Shown: positions 1 to 12,480, counted from the stretch's first letter. The stretch is 64,000 nt of DNA from Alphaproteobacteria bacterium (GCA_965220745.1 CBDCQT010000012.1:288001-352000), one strand, 5' to 3'. The notes: a model not told the origin generated them from the letters alone. Translations and numbers: made by a program.

Positions 1-1
1 C

Positions 2-778
2 GTCAAGATCATGAGCGTGCTGAAGGTGCGCAACATCATGATCAGGAGCCAGGACAACGGAGAGATCGATTACGACGACCTCCACGAGACGCTTCGCATT
101 AACCGGGACGTGCCCGCAATCGTGATGGCGAACATCGGCACGACGATGAAGGGCGCGATCGACGACGTAGGTAAGATCCGCGGCATCCTGGACGACCTCG
201 CGGTGACAAGGTCCTACCTGCACGCGGACGCTGCCCTGAGCGGCATGATACTTCCGTTCGTGGACGACCCGCAGCCCTACGGGTTCGACGCAGGCTTCGA
301 CAGCGTTGCGATCAGCGGGCACAAGATGGTGGGTTGTCCTCTGCCCTGCGGCGTCGCGCTGACCCGGCGCGAATACGTCTCACGCATCGCGCGCGCCGTC
401 GAGTACGTGGGCGTGCTGGACACCACGCTCACGGGCTCGCGCAACGCGCTGACGCCGCTGATGATGTGGTACGCGTTCGAGCAGAAGGGGCTGGACGGCT
501 TCAGGCGCATCGTGAACGGATGCCTCGAGACGGCTGACTACGCGGTCAGGCGCTTCAACGACGGCGGCATCCCCGCGTGGCGCAACAGGAACTCGGTCAC
601 CGTCGTGTTTCCCAGGCCACCAGCGGATGTCGTGCGCAAGTGGCAGCTAGCGCCCTACGAGGACATCGCGCATCTCATCGCGATGCCGCACGTGACCCGC
701 GAGACCATCGACGCCGTGGTGGACGACTGCATGCGTGGAGCAACGGCACCAGGAGACGAAACGGGGACAACCGCATGA
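2..778 (+). CDS. hdc: PLP-dependent histidine (or serine) decarboxylase, 5'-truncated by window edge
   Basis: Group II decarboxylase motifs ANIGTTMKGAIDD, HADAALSG, PLP-lysine SGHKMVGCPLPCG, DTTLTGSRN. Confidence 0.8.
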   Translation, partial: VKIMSVLKVRNIMIRSQDNGEIDYDDLHETLRINRDVPAIVMANIGTTMKGAIDDVGKIRGILDDLAVTRSYLHADAALSGMILPFVDDPQPYGFDAGFDSVAISGHKMVGCPLPCGVALTRREYVSRIARAVEYVGVLDTTLTGSRNALTPLMMWYAFEQKGLDGFRRIVNGCLETADYAVRRFNDGGIPAWRNRNSVTVVFPRPPADVVRKWQLAPYEDIAHLIAMPHVTRETIDAVVDDCMRGATAPGDETGTTA

Positions 779-1167
779 CCAGGATCGTCGTCATCGCCAA
801 CAACGAGGCGGGCGTCATCGCCGACATCGCCGGAGCCTTGGCCGAGCGCAACATCAATATCGAAACCATCAGCGCAGAGGCGCTGGGGGAGAAGGGCGCG
901 ATAACGCTCACCGCGGACGATCACGACGGCGCCCTGCGCGCGCTGACGGACGCGGGATTCAAGACTGTATCCGACGAATCGCTGGTCCTGAGACTGCGCG
1001 ACGAGCCGGGCGCGCTGGCCAGGCTGGCGGAGAAGTTCAAGCAGGCCGGCGTGAATATTCGGAGCCTGCACTTTCTGGACCGCCGAAACGGCTACGCCAC
1101 GGTCGCCATATCCGCCGACGACCGCGCCAAGGTGGAGTCGCTGGTGGAGCCGGAGGCGGCGGTATGA
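775..1167 (+). CDS. Tandem ACT-domain protein
   Basis: ATG at 775 overlaps decarboxylase stop (ATGA); two ACT-like units (NEAGVIADIAGALAERNINI; DEPGALARLAEKFKQAGVNI). Confidence 0.8.
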   Translation: MTRIVVIANNEAGVIADIAGALAERNINIETISAEALGEKGAITLTADDHDGALRALTDAGFKTVSDESLVLRLRDEPGALARLAEKFKQAGVNIRSLHFLDRRNGYATVAISADDRAKVESLVEPEAAV

Positions 1168-1673
1168 GGAGGACACGGGACACACAATGTATGGCAGTGC
1201 AAATGCAGCAATCCGCCCTACCACTATGCTCTCGGATCGCTGCACGATTCGGCGGCGTCGTTCGATCCTTCCGAATCGAGGTACATCGATGGGTAGCTGC
1301 AGCGACCGGCGCCCGCTGTGCGCGCCGAATAACTGCTCGTTCCGAGGCCTATCCAACACGGCACGACCTTGGTCAGGAGCAGCCGGTGCGAAACGGCGGA
1401 AGCCATGGCCGCAGACACAGGCCGCGGGCTTCCGGAAGAGGCTGTCGGGCAGAAGGCCGGGATCGCCTCGGCTGGCGGTTACACGCCGACCCGCGACCGC
1501 GGTCTCTCGGTCTGCGCCGCCAGCTCCCTGCCGTGGCTCGCCCCCGGCGCGGCGGCGAACGCCTTACCCCGGCCGGGCACCGCGCGTCAGGCCAAGCCCG
1601 ATAGTGGCTCGGACACAGAAGGGAATGTTGAGCGGGACAAGAGCCATGTTCGGCCCGCACGGAAACGGGGTAG

Positions 1674-3968
<2,295 letters not shown>

Positions 3969-4239
3969 CTGCAGGGCCGGAGCCGGCTTCCCCGCTCCAA
4001 AGCCTCCGAAAGACGGTCCAGAGGCAAACGGCGGCAACGAGAGTGTCGTCATTTCCTGCCGTTGCCCGCGTACCTCGCTATACGCCTCCGGTACGACCGG
4101 GCGAGGATGCCGCTTTGCGGCGAGCCCCCGAAGCTGTTGCTCGGCGTGCAATTTTGACCTCCCAGTATCGAGCCACTTCAATAGCTTATCGCGCCGATCG
4201 GCGCGCAACCGACGTGCCGATCAACATGTTGCGCGGCGG

Positions 4240-4529
4240 GCATGCCGCGAAGGGCGCCGGAAACGCGGATTGGCGCATGCCCCGGACGCGCAGTCGGGTC
4301 CTCGATTTGAGCCGCACCGCGAAATCCCTTCTGAATCTAGTGCTCGGCCAAGTCGGCGACGGTCGGGCCGCCGTTCAGCATAGTGGCAAGCAGTAGCCTT
4401 CGGGTCTGTTCGGCTCTTCCTCTCCGCATCGCGCAACGCGGCACCGAGACAACGGTGCTTGTCGTCCGAGAGGGAATCCGCTCGTGCCTGTGCCTGGGGT
4501 ACTTCTTGACGTGCCGGTGCGGGGCGCGT
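4240..4529 (-). pseudogene. Heavily decayed tyrosine-recombinase (integrase) fragments
   Basis: Frame-broken remnants [12 protein letters not shown]...AVRLKSRT and [14 protein letters not shown] resemble integrase core-binding/linker segments; recognised from memory only. Confidence 0.4.
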
Positions 4530-4954
4530 CTACCCCTCGAGGACGCTGCGCTGCACCCTCGCGACCGTCTCCACCATGTGCACGGGGATGCGGATCGTGG
4601 GACCGGTCTCGGAGATCGCCCGCGCCAACGACTGCCGGATCCACCAGGTCGCATAGGTCGAGAACTTGAAGCCCGGTGACAGTCGAACTTGTCCACCGCC
4701 CTCATCAGGCGGGCGTTGCCCTCCTGGATCAGGTCGGGGAGAGCCAGGCCCCTATTCCGGTACTTCTTCGTGATCGAGACCACGAGGCGCAAGTTGGCCC
4801 CGATTATCTCGTCGGTGGCTTGCTGCGCCTCGCGCTCGCCGCCTAGAAGCATCTCCGCGGTCCGCCTGAGTTCCGCGGGCTCCGTCGCCGTCTCTCGGGC
4901 AAGCGCCAGGATCTCGCGGCGCAGCTCGAGAACCTCGGTGCGGTTCTCCCTGCG
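4530..4954 (-). pseudogene. Truncated, frameshifted RpoD (sigma70) paralogue fragment, region 2
   Basis: [42 protein letters not shown], then a 1-nt deletion near 4673, then [35 protein letters not shown]; aligns by eye with rpoD at 32865. Confidence 0.85.
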
Positions 4955-5421
4955 CTACGTGTTCTGACCTCGAATCCGTCTTGGCGGACCCGGTAAGGTG
5001 AGAGGCTCAGAGCATGCGCCATGCAGGCTTCGGATGAGCCGCCATTTTGTTGGGAGCCCTGAACAGGCAGCAACCGACTACTGGCGAAGTGACCGGTTTT
5101 CTGTTGCCATTGCCGATGGCGATGGGGGCCGGCTGCTTGTGCGATGACGATCGCGCCCCTGCGGACAGAGGCCCACCAAGACATTGCGGTGTGATGGCGG
5201 GCGACCCTGTCACGGTCATCGTGTGCGCGCAGCCGACCGTGACAAGAAGTGAGCCGAGGATGTTCGACAGCGATGTCCCGAGGCACGGTGACGGAAACGG
5301 ACGCGGACGCACCGGGGTGCAGCAGCCGGAAGCCCGCCGCGAGTTCGTGTCCGATTGACTGCCGACGCTCAAGGATTGACGGTACGGCAGCCAGGACCAC
5401 TCGGGTAGCCTCGATACGGCC

Positions 5422-8298
5422 ATGAAGCCCTCGGCACCGCCGGCCGACGATGCGGAAGCCGACCATTCGGCCCATCTGCTTCGCCTGATTGAGAGCCTGT
5501 ACCGGGAGGTCCACCCCGGACGCGCTCCGCCGCCAGTCTCTCTCGAGAGCAGGCTGACCGAGGATCTGGGCTTCGACAGCCTGGGACGCACGGAATTGCT
5601 GCTGCGCGTCGAACGGGAGTTTTCTGTCTCGCTGCCCGCAGAGACGCTGGCCGGGGTGGAGACCGCGGCCGATCTCTGGCGCGCCATCGAGGCGGCCGCT
5701 CCCCGGCGCGAACGCCGGACCGCACAATCTGCAGCCGCCGCGCTTCCGGATCCGGTCGAATCGATACCGCGAGACGCCGGGACCCTGACCGAGACGCTCG
5801 ACTGGCAGGCGGCGGTCCACCCGGATCGTACCCACGTCTGGCTGATGGAACGGGAAGGCGACTGCGAGACCATCAGCTACGCGCAGCTTCGCGAGCGGGC
5901 ACTCGCCGTCGCGGGCGGGCTTCTGGAAGCCGGACTGATGCCGGGCGCCCGCGTTGCCCTGATGCTGCCCACGTGCGCCGGATTCCTCCATGCCTTCATC
6001 GGGATTCTCTATGCCGGGTGCGTCCCGGTTCCGATCTATCCGCCTGCACGGCTGTCGCAGCTCGAAGATCATCTGCGCCGTCAGGCTGCGATCCTCGCGA
6101 ATGCAGAGGCCGAACTGCTGATCACGGTGCGCGAGGGCCTCGCGCTGGCGCATTTCCTGCGCTCGACGGTCGAGAGCATGCGGTCGATCGAGACCGTGGA
6201 CAGCCTGGTGGCCGCCGGCGGTTCGGAACGGGGTCCGACCCGCACAGCGGAGGACGTGGCCCTTGTTCAATACACCTCCGGCAGCACGGGGGATCCCAAA
6301 GGCGTGGTGCTCAGCCACGCCAACCTGCTCGCCAATATCCGCGCCATGGGCCAGGCCATGGCCGTCGAGCCCGACCGCGACGTCTTCGTCAGCTGGCTGC
6401 CGCTCTACCACGACATGGGACTGATCGGCGCGTGGCTCGGCAGCCTCTATTTCGCGGTTCCGGTGTCGATCATGTCGCCATTGTTGTTTCTGGCCCGGCC
6501 GGAGAGCTGGCTGTGGGAGATACATGCGCGCCGGGGAACCCTGTCGGGAGCGCCGAACTTCGCCTATGACCTCTGCGCCCACCGCATCGACGACCGAGCG
6601 ATCGAGGGTCTCGATCTGAGTTCGGCGCGGATGGTGGTGAACGGCGCGGAGCCCGTGCGGGCCTCTTCGGTTCGTGCCTTCTGCGAACGCTTCGCCGCCT
6701 ACGGATTCGACCCCGGGGCGCTGTCCCCGGTCTACGGCCTGGCCGAGAACAGCGTGGGTCTGGCGTTTCCGCCGCCCGGCCGGGGGCTGCTGTGCGACCG
6801 CATCGATCGAAGCGCGCTGGCGGCGCGCTCCGAAGCGGTGCCGGTGCCGGCCGGTCACGGCGATGCGCTGGAAGTGGTGGCGTGCGGCTCCCCGATCCCC
6901 GGACATCAGTTCCGGGTCGTCGACGAGAGCGGCCGCGAAGTGGCGGAACGTCGCCAGGGGCGGCTGCAATTCATGGGTCCCTCCGCGACCCGCGGCTACC
7001 GGCTCAACGAGAGGGCGACGCGGGAGCTGTTCGACGGGGAGTGGCTGGAGACCGGCGATCTGGCCTACGTCGCCGGGGGCGACGTCTATCTCACGGGCAG
7101 GATCAAGGACGTCATCATTCGGGGCGGCCGCAACATCCACCCGCACGAGGTGGAGGCCGCCGTCGGGGACCTCACGGGCGTTCGGCGGGGATGCGTCGCG
7201 GTGTTCGCTGCCTCTGTTGCGGACGAGGCCGAAAAGCTGGTGGTGGTCGCGGAGACGCGCGAGGAGTCCGGCGAGACCCGTGCGCGGCTGCGACGCGACG
7301 TCGAGGCGGCGGCCTTGGACGTTGCGGGAGTGGCGCCGGACGAGGTCGTGCTGGCGCCGCCGCGTTCCGTGCTCAAGACCTCGAGCGGCAAGGTGAGGCG
7401 CGGCGCCACCCGCGCGTGCTACCTGGAAGGGCGTCTGGAGCGACCCGGTGCCGCACTGTGGTGGCAGCTCGTTCGCCTGGCGCTGTCGGGGGTGATGGCC
7501 AGGGTTTCCGCGGCGCACCGCGCGACCTTGGACCGTGCGTTCGCCGCCTACTGGTGGGCGGTGCTGGCCGCGCTGGCGCTGGTCGTGTGGCCTTCGGCGG
7601 TCGCATTGCCGCGGCGCGCCTGGCGCTGGTGGGCGCTCCGCGTCGCCGCTCACCTGATGTTGACGCTCACGGGCACGCGCTTGACGGTGGATGGCGCGAT
7701 CGTGGCGGAGCGAGGCGTGATCGTCGTGGCCAATCACAGCAGCTACTTCGACAGTCTGGCGCTGGTGGCGGCCCTGCCCGGCGAGACCGCGTTCGTCGCC
7801 AAGGCGGAGCTCGCGCCGCAGCTCTTTGCGGGGACGCTGCTACGGCGCATCGGCACGCTGTTCGTGGAGCGGTTCGACGAGGCGCGCGGGGTCAGCGATC
7901 TGGACGTCGTGGTCGAGGCGGCCCGCGCGGGGCGGCGGGTGGCGGTCTACCCGGAAGGGACCCTGACCCGACGCCCCGGCCTCCTCGCTTTCAAGCTCGG
8001 CGCGTTCGCTGCAGCAGCAGCCGCAGACGTTCCCGTGGTGCCGGTGACGCTGCGCGGTACCCGGTCGATACTGCGGGGCGGGCAATGGTTTCCCCGCCCC
8101 GGAAACGTGCATGTGACGATCGGCCCTCCGGTCGCTGCGAGGGGATCCGGCTTCGACGCGGCGATCCGGCTGCGGGACGAGGCGCGGGCGGCGATCCTGC
8201 CCAGCTGCGGAGAGCCGGATCTCGCCGAGGAAGCGACCCTGCTGGCGGATCGCAGGAAGAGGCGGCCATCGCCGGCCGGCGGTGCCGCCCCGTCCTGA
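5422..8298 (+). CDS. Tri-domain acyl carrier protein / fatty acyl-AMP ligase-like / PlsC-type acyltransferase
   Basis: LGFDSLG phosphopantetheine site; QYTSGSTGDPKG, SWLPLYHDMGLIG, YGLAE, KTSSGK; C-terminal NHSSYFD and YPEGT. Confidence 0.88.
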   Translation: MKPSAPPADDAEADHSAHLLRLIESLYREVHPGRAPPPVSLESRLTEDLGFDSLGRTELLLRVEREFSVSLPAETLAGVETAADLWRAIEAAAPRRERRTAQSAAAALPDPVESIPRDAGTLTETLDWQAAVHPDRTHVWLMEREGDCETISYAQLRERALAVAGGLLEAGLMPGARVALMLPTCAGFLHAFIGILYAGCVPVPIYPPARLSQLEDHLRRQAAILANAEAELLITVREGLALAHFLRSTVESMRSIETVDSLVAAGGSERGPTRTAEDVALVQYTSGSTGDPKGVVLSHANLLANIRAMGQAMAVEPDRDVFVSWLPLYHDMGLIGAWLGSLYFAVPVSIMSPLLFLARPESWLWEIHARRGTLSGAPNFAYDLCAHRIDDRAIEGLDLSSARMVVNGAEPVRASSVRAFCERFAAYGFDPGALSPVYGLAENSVGLAFPPPGRGLLCDRIDRSALAARSEAVPVPAGHGDALEVVACGSPIPGHQFRVVDESGREVAERRQGRLQFMGPSATRGYRLNERATRELFDGEWLETGDLAYVAGGDVYLTGRIKDVIIRGGRNIHPHEVEAAVGDLTGVRRGCVAVFAASVADEAEKLVVVAETREESGETRARLRRDVEAAALDVAGVAPDEVVLAPPRSVLKTSSGKVRRGATRACYLEGRLERPGAALWWQLVRLALSGVMARVSAAHRATLDRAFAAYWWAVLAALALVVWPSAVALPRRAWRWWALRVAAHLMLTLTGTRLTVDGAIVAERGVIVVANHSSYFDSLALVAALPGETAFVAKAELAPQLFAGTLLRRIGTLFVERFDEARGVSDLDVVVEAARAGRRVAVYPEGTLTRRPGLLAFKLGAFAAAAAADVPVVPVTLRGTRSILRGGQWFPRPGNVHVTIGPPVAARGSGFDAAIRLRDEARAAILPSCGEPDLAEEATLLADRRKRRPSPAGGAAPS

Positions 8299-8396
8299 CG
8301 GCGCGGTTTGCCGCGAGTGGAGCTGCCGGCAGATCGACACCCAGACCGCGTGTCCCTACAGTGTCGTGGACAGGGCGGGCTGCCGGGGGGAACGGC

Positions 8397-9752
8397 ATGC
8401 CGGGCAAGCGCAAGGCCATTTGGGGGTGGATGTTCTTCGACTGGGCGGCCCAGCCCTTCTACACGCTCGTCCTCACGTTCGTCTTCGGTCCCTATTTCGT
8501 GTCCGAAGTGGTTGCCGATCCAGCGCAGGGCCAGGCCTTGTGGGGTCTTGCGATCGCGGTGGGCTCGATCGTCGTCGCGCTGACGGCTCCGTTGCTGGGC
8601 GCCGTCGCTGACGCGAGAGGACCGCGCAAGCCGTGGATCGTCGGTTTTTCCGTCCTCTATGTCGTCGGCGCCGCCGGGCTTTGGGGAGCAGTGCCGGGAT
8701 CGGCCGATCTCACGGCGATCCTGGCCTTCCTCGTTCTCGCCCTGATCGGGGCCGAGTTCACGGGAGTGTTCACCAACGCTGCCTTGCCGTCGCTCGGCGG
8801 CAGGAACGAAATCGGCCGCATTTCCGGCTCCGGCTGGGCGCTGGGATACTGGGGAGGGTTGGCGAGCCTCGTGATCGTGCTCGGTCTGATGGCGCCGGTG
8901 CCGGGATCGGAGAGAACCGTGACCGGCCTCGTCCCGATCTTCGGCCTCGACCCCGCGCTAGGCGAGGGCGCTCGCGCCGCCGGCCCGCTGTCGGCCGTCT
9001 GGTACATCGTCTTCATCGTCCCGTTCTTTCTCTGGACCCCCGACGCGAAGCGCGAGGCCCCGGCCACGAACACCGTCATTCGGGGGCTGAAGGACCTGAA
9101 GGACACCCTGGCTTCCCTGCCCTCGCGGGGCAGCTTCCTCGCCTATCTCGCCTCCTCGATGTTCTACCGCGACGCGCTCGGCGGGCTCTTCATCTTCGGC
9201 GGCATCTACGCGGCGGGCGTTCTGGAATGGGGCATGTTCGAGCTCGGCGTGTTCGGGGTGGTCGGCCTCGTCGCCGGCGCGGCGGGAGCCTGGATCGGTG
9301 GCCGTGCCGACGTGCGGTTCGGACCGAAACCCGTGATCGTCGCCACCATCCTCGCCTTGATGATCTTCTCCTTCATCATCATCACCACCGGCCCGGACGA
9401 GGTTCTGTTCATCGGCGTCGGCACCGCCGAGGCGCCATCGAGCCTGCCGACCATCGTGTTCTACATCTGCGGTGCGGTCATCGGGGCGGCCGGAGGGCCG
9501 CTCCAGGCGGCGTCGCGAACCATGCTCGTGCGGCAGGCCGGAGAGGAGAGAATGACGGAGGCGTTCGGGCTCTACGCGCTGGCCGGCAAGGTGACCTCTT
9601 TCGTGGCCCCCCTTCTGGTCGCATTCGCCACCGACGCAAGCGGCAGCCAGCGCGTCGGCGTCACGCCGATACTGGCCCTCTTCCTCGTCGGCCTGGTCCT
9701 CATGGTCTGGGTGCACGCCGACGGCGCGGAAGGCCGCCGCCAGCAGGCTTGA
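8397..9752 (+). CDS. MFS transporter (UMF1/ATG22-like)
   Basis: WGWMFFDWAAQPF start, many hydrophobic helices, GRISGSGWALGYWGG, QAASRTML, EAFGLYALAGK. Confidence 0.85.
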   Translation: MPGKRKAIWGWMFFDWAAQPFYTLVLTFVFGPYFVSEVVADPAQGQALWGLAIAVGSIVVALTAPLLGAVADARGPRKPWIVGFSVLYVVGAAGLWGAVPGSADLTAILAFLVLALIGAEFTGVFTNAALPSLGGRNEIGRISGSGWALGYWGGLASLVIVLGLMAPVPGSERTVTGLVPIFGLDPALGEGARAAGPLSAVWYIVFIVPFFLWTPDAKREAPATNTVIRGLKDLKDTLASLPSRGSFLAYLASSMFYRDALGGLFIFGGIYAAGVLEWGMFELGVFGVVGLVAGAAGAWIGGRADVRFGPKPVIVATILALMIFSFIIITTGPDEVLFIGVGTAEAPSSLPTIVFYICGAVIGAAGGPLQAASRTMLVRQAGEERMTEAFGLYALAGKVTSFVAPLLVAFATDASGSQRVGVTPILALFLVGLVLMVWVHADGAEGRRQQA

Positions 9753-10344
9753 ATGAAGAGAATCCAATGGGCGATGACGGCAACGGTTTCGGACAGAGTT
9801 GAGCGCAAGGTGATGTCCGCAGGACCTCCTGCAGCTCGACGTCCACCTCGAGCACAGTCTTGGTCGCCGGCGGTGTCCCGCAGGTCGGGCACGCGGGCTT
9901 GCGGGCGGGGTAGACCGTGGCGCTGTTGCGAGCGCCGCGGGTGCGAGCTAAGTTATTTGCGGTCTCGTGCCGATTTTGAGATCCGCCGCGCCCGTCCCGG
10001 ACCCTGCATCCAGGCGGGCGCGTTCCTTTTCGAACCATAGGATCATGACTTGCCCGCGTGCTGGCGCTTCGCGTCGGGGAGATCTGCCAGCCACCTCTGG
10101 ATGTCGGAGAGACGCCACGCGACGGCGCCGTTTGACCCAGGCCCGATACGCTTTGGCAGCGGAAAGCGCCCCTCTCGCATTGCGGCGTAGAGTCGCGAGG
10201 TGCTCATGCAGGTTATCTCCTAGACCTCGGGCCGGCGTAGCAGCCTGTCCGACATCAGGTCGATTTCTGGTGTGCCATTTGTGGCCATGATCCTCCCCCA
10301 TCGAGTTGGTCCACCCTTAGGTTATGGAAAGAGGAGGACCGACG

Positions 10345-10623
10345 ATGGCAAGGAAGCGTTACAAGCCCGAGGAGATCGTGAGCCTGCTGCGGCGGGCTGA
10401 GGTTCTGAACGGCCAGGGCATGTCGATGGCGGACGCGATCCGCGAGCTTGGGATCAGCGAGGTTACCTTCTACCGCTGGCGCAAGGAGTATGCCGGGATG
10501 AGCGGCGATCAGCTCCGCCGTTTGAAGGAGCTCGAGAAGGAGAACGAGCGGCTGCGCCGTGCGGTCTCCGATCTGACGCTGGACAAGCAGATTCTCAAAG
10601 AGGCCGCAGGGGGAAACTTCTAA
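10345..10623 (+). CDS. IS3 transposase OrfA
   Basis: HTH GISEVTFYRWRKEY plus leucine zipper; slippery G GGA AAC at 10611-10617. Confidence 0.93.
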   Translation: MARKRYKPEEIVSLLRRAEVLNGQGMSMADAIRELGISEVTFYRWRKEYAGMSGDQLRRLKELEKENERLRRAVSDLTLDKQILKEAAGGNF

Positions 10624-11516
10624 GCCCCTCGCGCCGGCGCCAGTGCATCGATCATGTCTGTGACCGGCTCGGGGTCTCGGAACGCCGCGCTTGCCGGGTG
10701 CTGGGGCAGCACCGCTCGACCCAGCGCCGCATCCCGCGCGGCCGCGACGACGAGGACCGCCTGGTCGCGTACATGATCGAGCTGGCCCGCCAGTACGGCC
10801 GTTACGGCTATCGCCGCATCGCGGCCCTGCTTCGCGATGCCGGCTGGCAGGTCAACGACAAGCGGATCGAGCGCTTGTGGCGGCGCGAGGGGCTGAAGGT
10901 GCCCGGCAAGCAACCGAAGCGGGGCCGGCTTTGGCTCAATGACGGCTCCTGCATCCGGCTGCGCGCCGAGAGGGCGGATCACGTCTGGTCCTACGACTTC
11001 GTCCATCACCGGACGTATGACGGCAGGGCCTTCCGCATGCTCAACGTCCTGGACGAGTTCACCCGCGAGAGCCTGGTCATCCGGGTGCGCAGGAGGCTTT
11101 CCTCGATCGACGTCATCGATGTGCTGACCGACCTGTTCATCCTGCGCGGCATTCCGACCTGGATCCGTTCCGACAACGGTCCGGAGTTCGTCGCCGAGGC
11201 CGTCAGGCGGTGGATCGCTGCGGTCAGCGCCCGCACCGCCTTCATCGAGCCGGGCTCACCCTGGGAGAACGGCTACATCGAGAGCTTCAATGCGCGGCTG
11301 CGCGACGAGCTCCTGAACGGGGAGATCTTCTACACCCTGAAGGAAGCCCAGGTTCTCATCGAATCGTGGCGGTGCCATTACAACGCGATCCGCCCACACG
11401 GCAGCCTGGGATACCGGCCGCCCGCCCCGGAGACGATCATCATGCCAAGCTGGCCGCCCGGCTCCGCTACGCTCCGCCGGCCACCCAGCTTGGCCGAGGA
11501 ACCCGCGATGCACTAA
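10620..11516 (+). CDS. IS3 transposase OrfB (DDE), reached by -1 frameshift
   Basis: YGYRRI, WSYDF, RSDNGPEF, SPWENGYIESFN. Confidence 0.93.
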   Translation, partial: LSPSRRRQCIDHVCDRLGVSERRACRVLGQHRSTQRRIPRGRDDEDRLVAYMIELARQYGRYGYRRIAALLRDAGWQVNDKRIERLWRREGLKVPGKQPKRGRLWLNDGSCIRLRAERADHVWSYDFVHHRTYDGRAFRMLNVLDEFTRESLVIRVRRRLSSIDVIDVLTDLFILRGIPTWIRSDNGPEFVAEAVRRWIAAVSARTAFIEPGSPWENGYIESFNARLRDELLNGEIFYTLKEAQVLIESWRCHYNAIRPHGSLGYRPPAPETIIMPSWPPGSATLRRPPSLAEEPAMH

Positions 11517-11642
11517 CATTCGACCTGGACCAGTCGACGGGGGCAGGTCAGCCATGGGGCTACTCCTGTCATCGGAATTGCCCAGGAATAGGTAATAATT
11601 GCTGCCCACACGAGAGACAGAATTCGCGGAATTGTGTCCCTG

Positions 11643-12383
11643 TTAGGAGACCGCGTCTGCCTTCGCCTCCCTCTTCTTCGCCTTCTTCCTCACCCGGTCC
11701 CGTATTTTCTTGATGGTCTCCGGGTCCGCATCGATGAGGCCTTCCTTTCGACACGCCTCTGCAACTATCTCCAGCGCATCCTTCAGTTTCGAGTTTGTCA
11801 GATTGGTCAAGATATCGATTGCCAAAGTAATCTTCTGGTCGCGCCTCCACTTCATCGGTTTCGGTCCCCGTCGGCGCTCCAGACGATCAGTGAACAGTGC
11901 GGCACTCGCCCAATTTCGTAGACTGGGCGGAATCGGCTCCCCCAAACTGACAATCAGAGCCACGAGATGACGCAATAAACTGTCGGCTCGCGGGTCGGTC
12001 TTGGCCTGTTCCACCCACTTTCGGCATCGCAGACATGCACCAAACCGGTAGTAGACATCGAGCATGCCGAAAGCCTTGTAGCGCACAATGGCGTCTTGGT
12101 AGGTCAATCCGGCTAGCGTTCCGTCCTCGACATTCAAGATGTGCCTGGCCATCAACTCGCGCCGAGAGTCGATCTTCTCCGCTGCCTCTCTATCTCTCGA
12201 CGCAGGCTCCAAGAATGGACTAAAGCGCTTCTCTTCAGTGGCCGCTACATTCCAGCCCCGATCAAACTCTGGATCATCATCCCCTCCGTCATCAGGTTTT
12301 GGATTATCAACGACCAAGCTTTGGCACGCTTTGAAGTGGTCGATCCGATCTTTCTCACTCAGATATTTCTTCAGGTCCGCCAA
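11643..12383 (-). CDS. Hypothetical island protein between integrase and alpA (start uncertain)
   Basis: Lower-GC open frame; basic helical C-terminus RRGPKPMKWRRDQKITLAID...ALEIVAEAC; TTG start guessed. Confidence 0.55.
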   Translation of the reverse strand: MADLKKYLSEKDRIDHFKACQSLVVDNPKPDDGGDDDPEFDRGWNVAATEEKRFSPFLEPASRDREAAEKIDSRRELMARHILNVEDGTLAGLTYQDAIVRYKAFGMLDVYYRFGACLRCRKWVEQAKTDPRADSLLRHLVALIVSLGEPIPPSLRNWASAALFTDRLERRRGPKPMKWRRDQKITLAIDILTNLTNSKLKDALEIVAEACRKEGLIDADPETIKKIRDRVRKKAKKREAKADAVS

Positions 12384-12480
12384 GCTGTGTTCGATCAGGA
12401 AGGGGCCATCCTGATCGACGAGGGCGTGGAGGCTAGGAGGGACAGGGGGCGAGCGCCCTTCCAGGCAGGGGCAACGTAGC

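Larger units (their letters stand above)
10288..11550 (+). mobile_element. IS3-family (IS407-group-like) insertion sequence, copy 1, 1263 bp
   Basis: TG...CA ends; imperfect IRs TGATCCTCCCCCATCGAGTTGGTCCA / TGACCTGCCCCCGTCGACTGGTCCA; 4-bp target duplication GCCA. Confidence 0.97.
10043..11555 (-). pseudogene. alpA: AlpA-family excisionase/regulator split by IS and carrying an in-frame stop
   Basis: Removing the IS and one GCCA gives AGGAG-RBS + MATNGTPEIDLMSDRLLRRPEV*EITCMSTSRLYAAMREGRFPLPKRIGPGSNGAVAWRLSDIQRWLADLP; TAG at 10220-10222. Confidence 0.85.

Noticed and set aside
4982-4988. TGGCGGA as the distal att site of the tRNA-Ser island
   Set aside because: Only 7 nt match the tRNA 3' end; expected by chance.
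4843-7737. Very long antisense or alternative-frame ORFs (also 20933-22999, 43184-45292, 57166-59481 and others)
   Set aside because: Shadows of real genes in high-GC DNA; Arg/Gly/Ala-rich with no recognisable motifs.
6792-9752. 986-aa MFS, 1072-aa hydantoinase and similar N-terminally extended ORFs as fusions
   Set aside because: Extensions overlap upstream genes in other frames; true starts lie downstream (8397, 45265, 46335).
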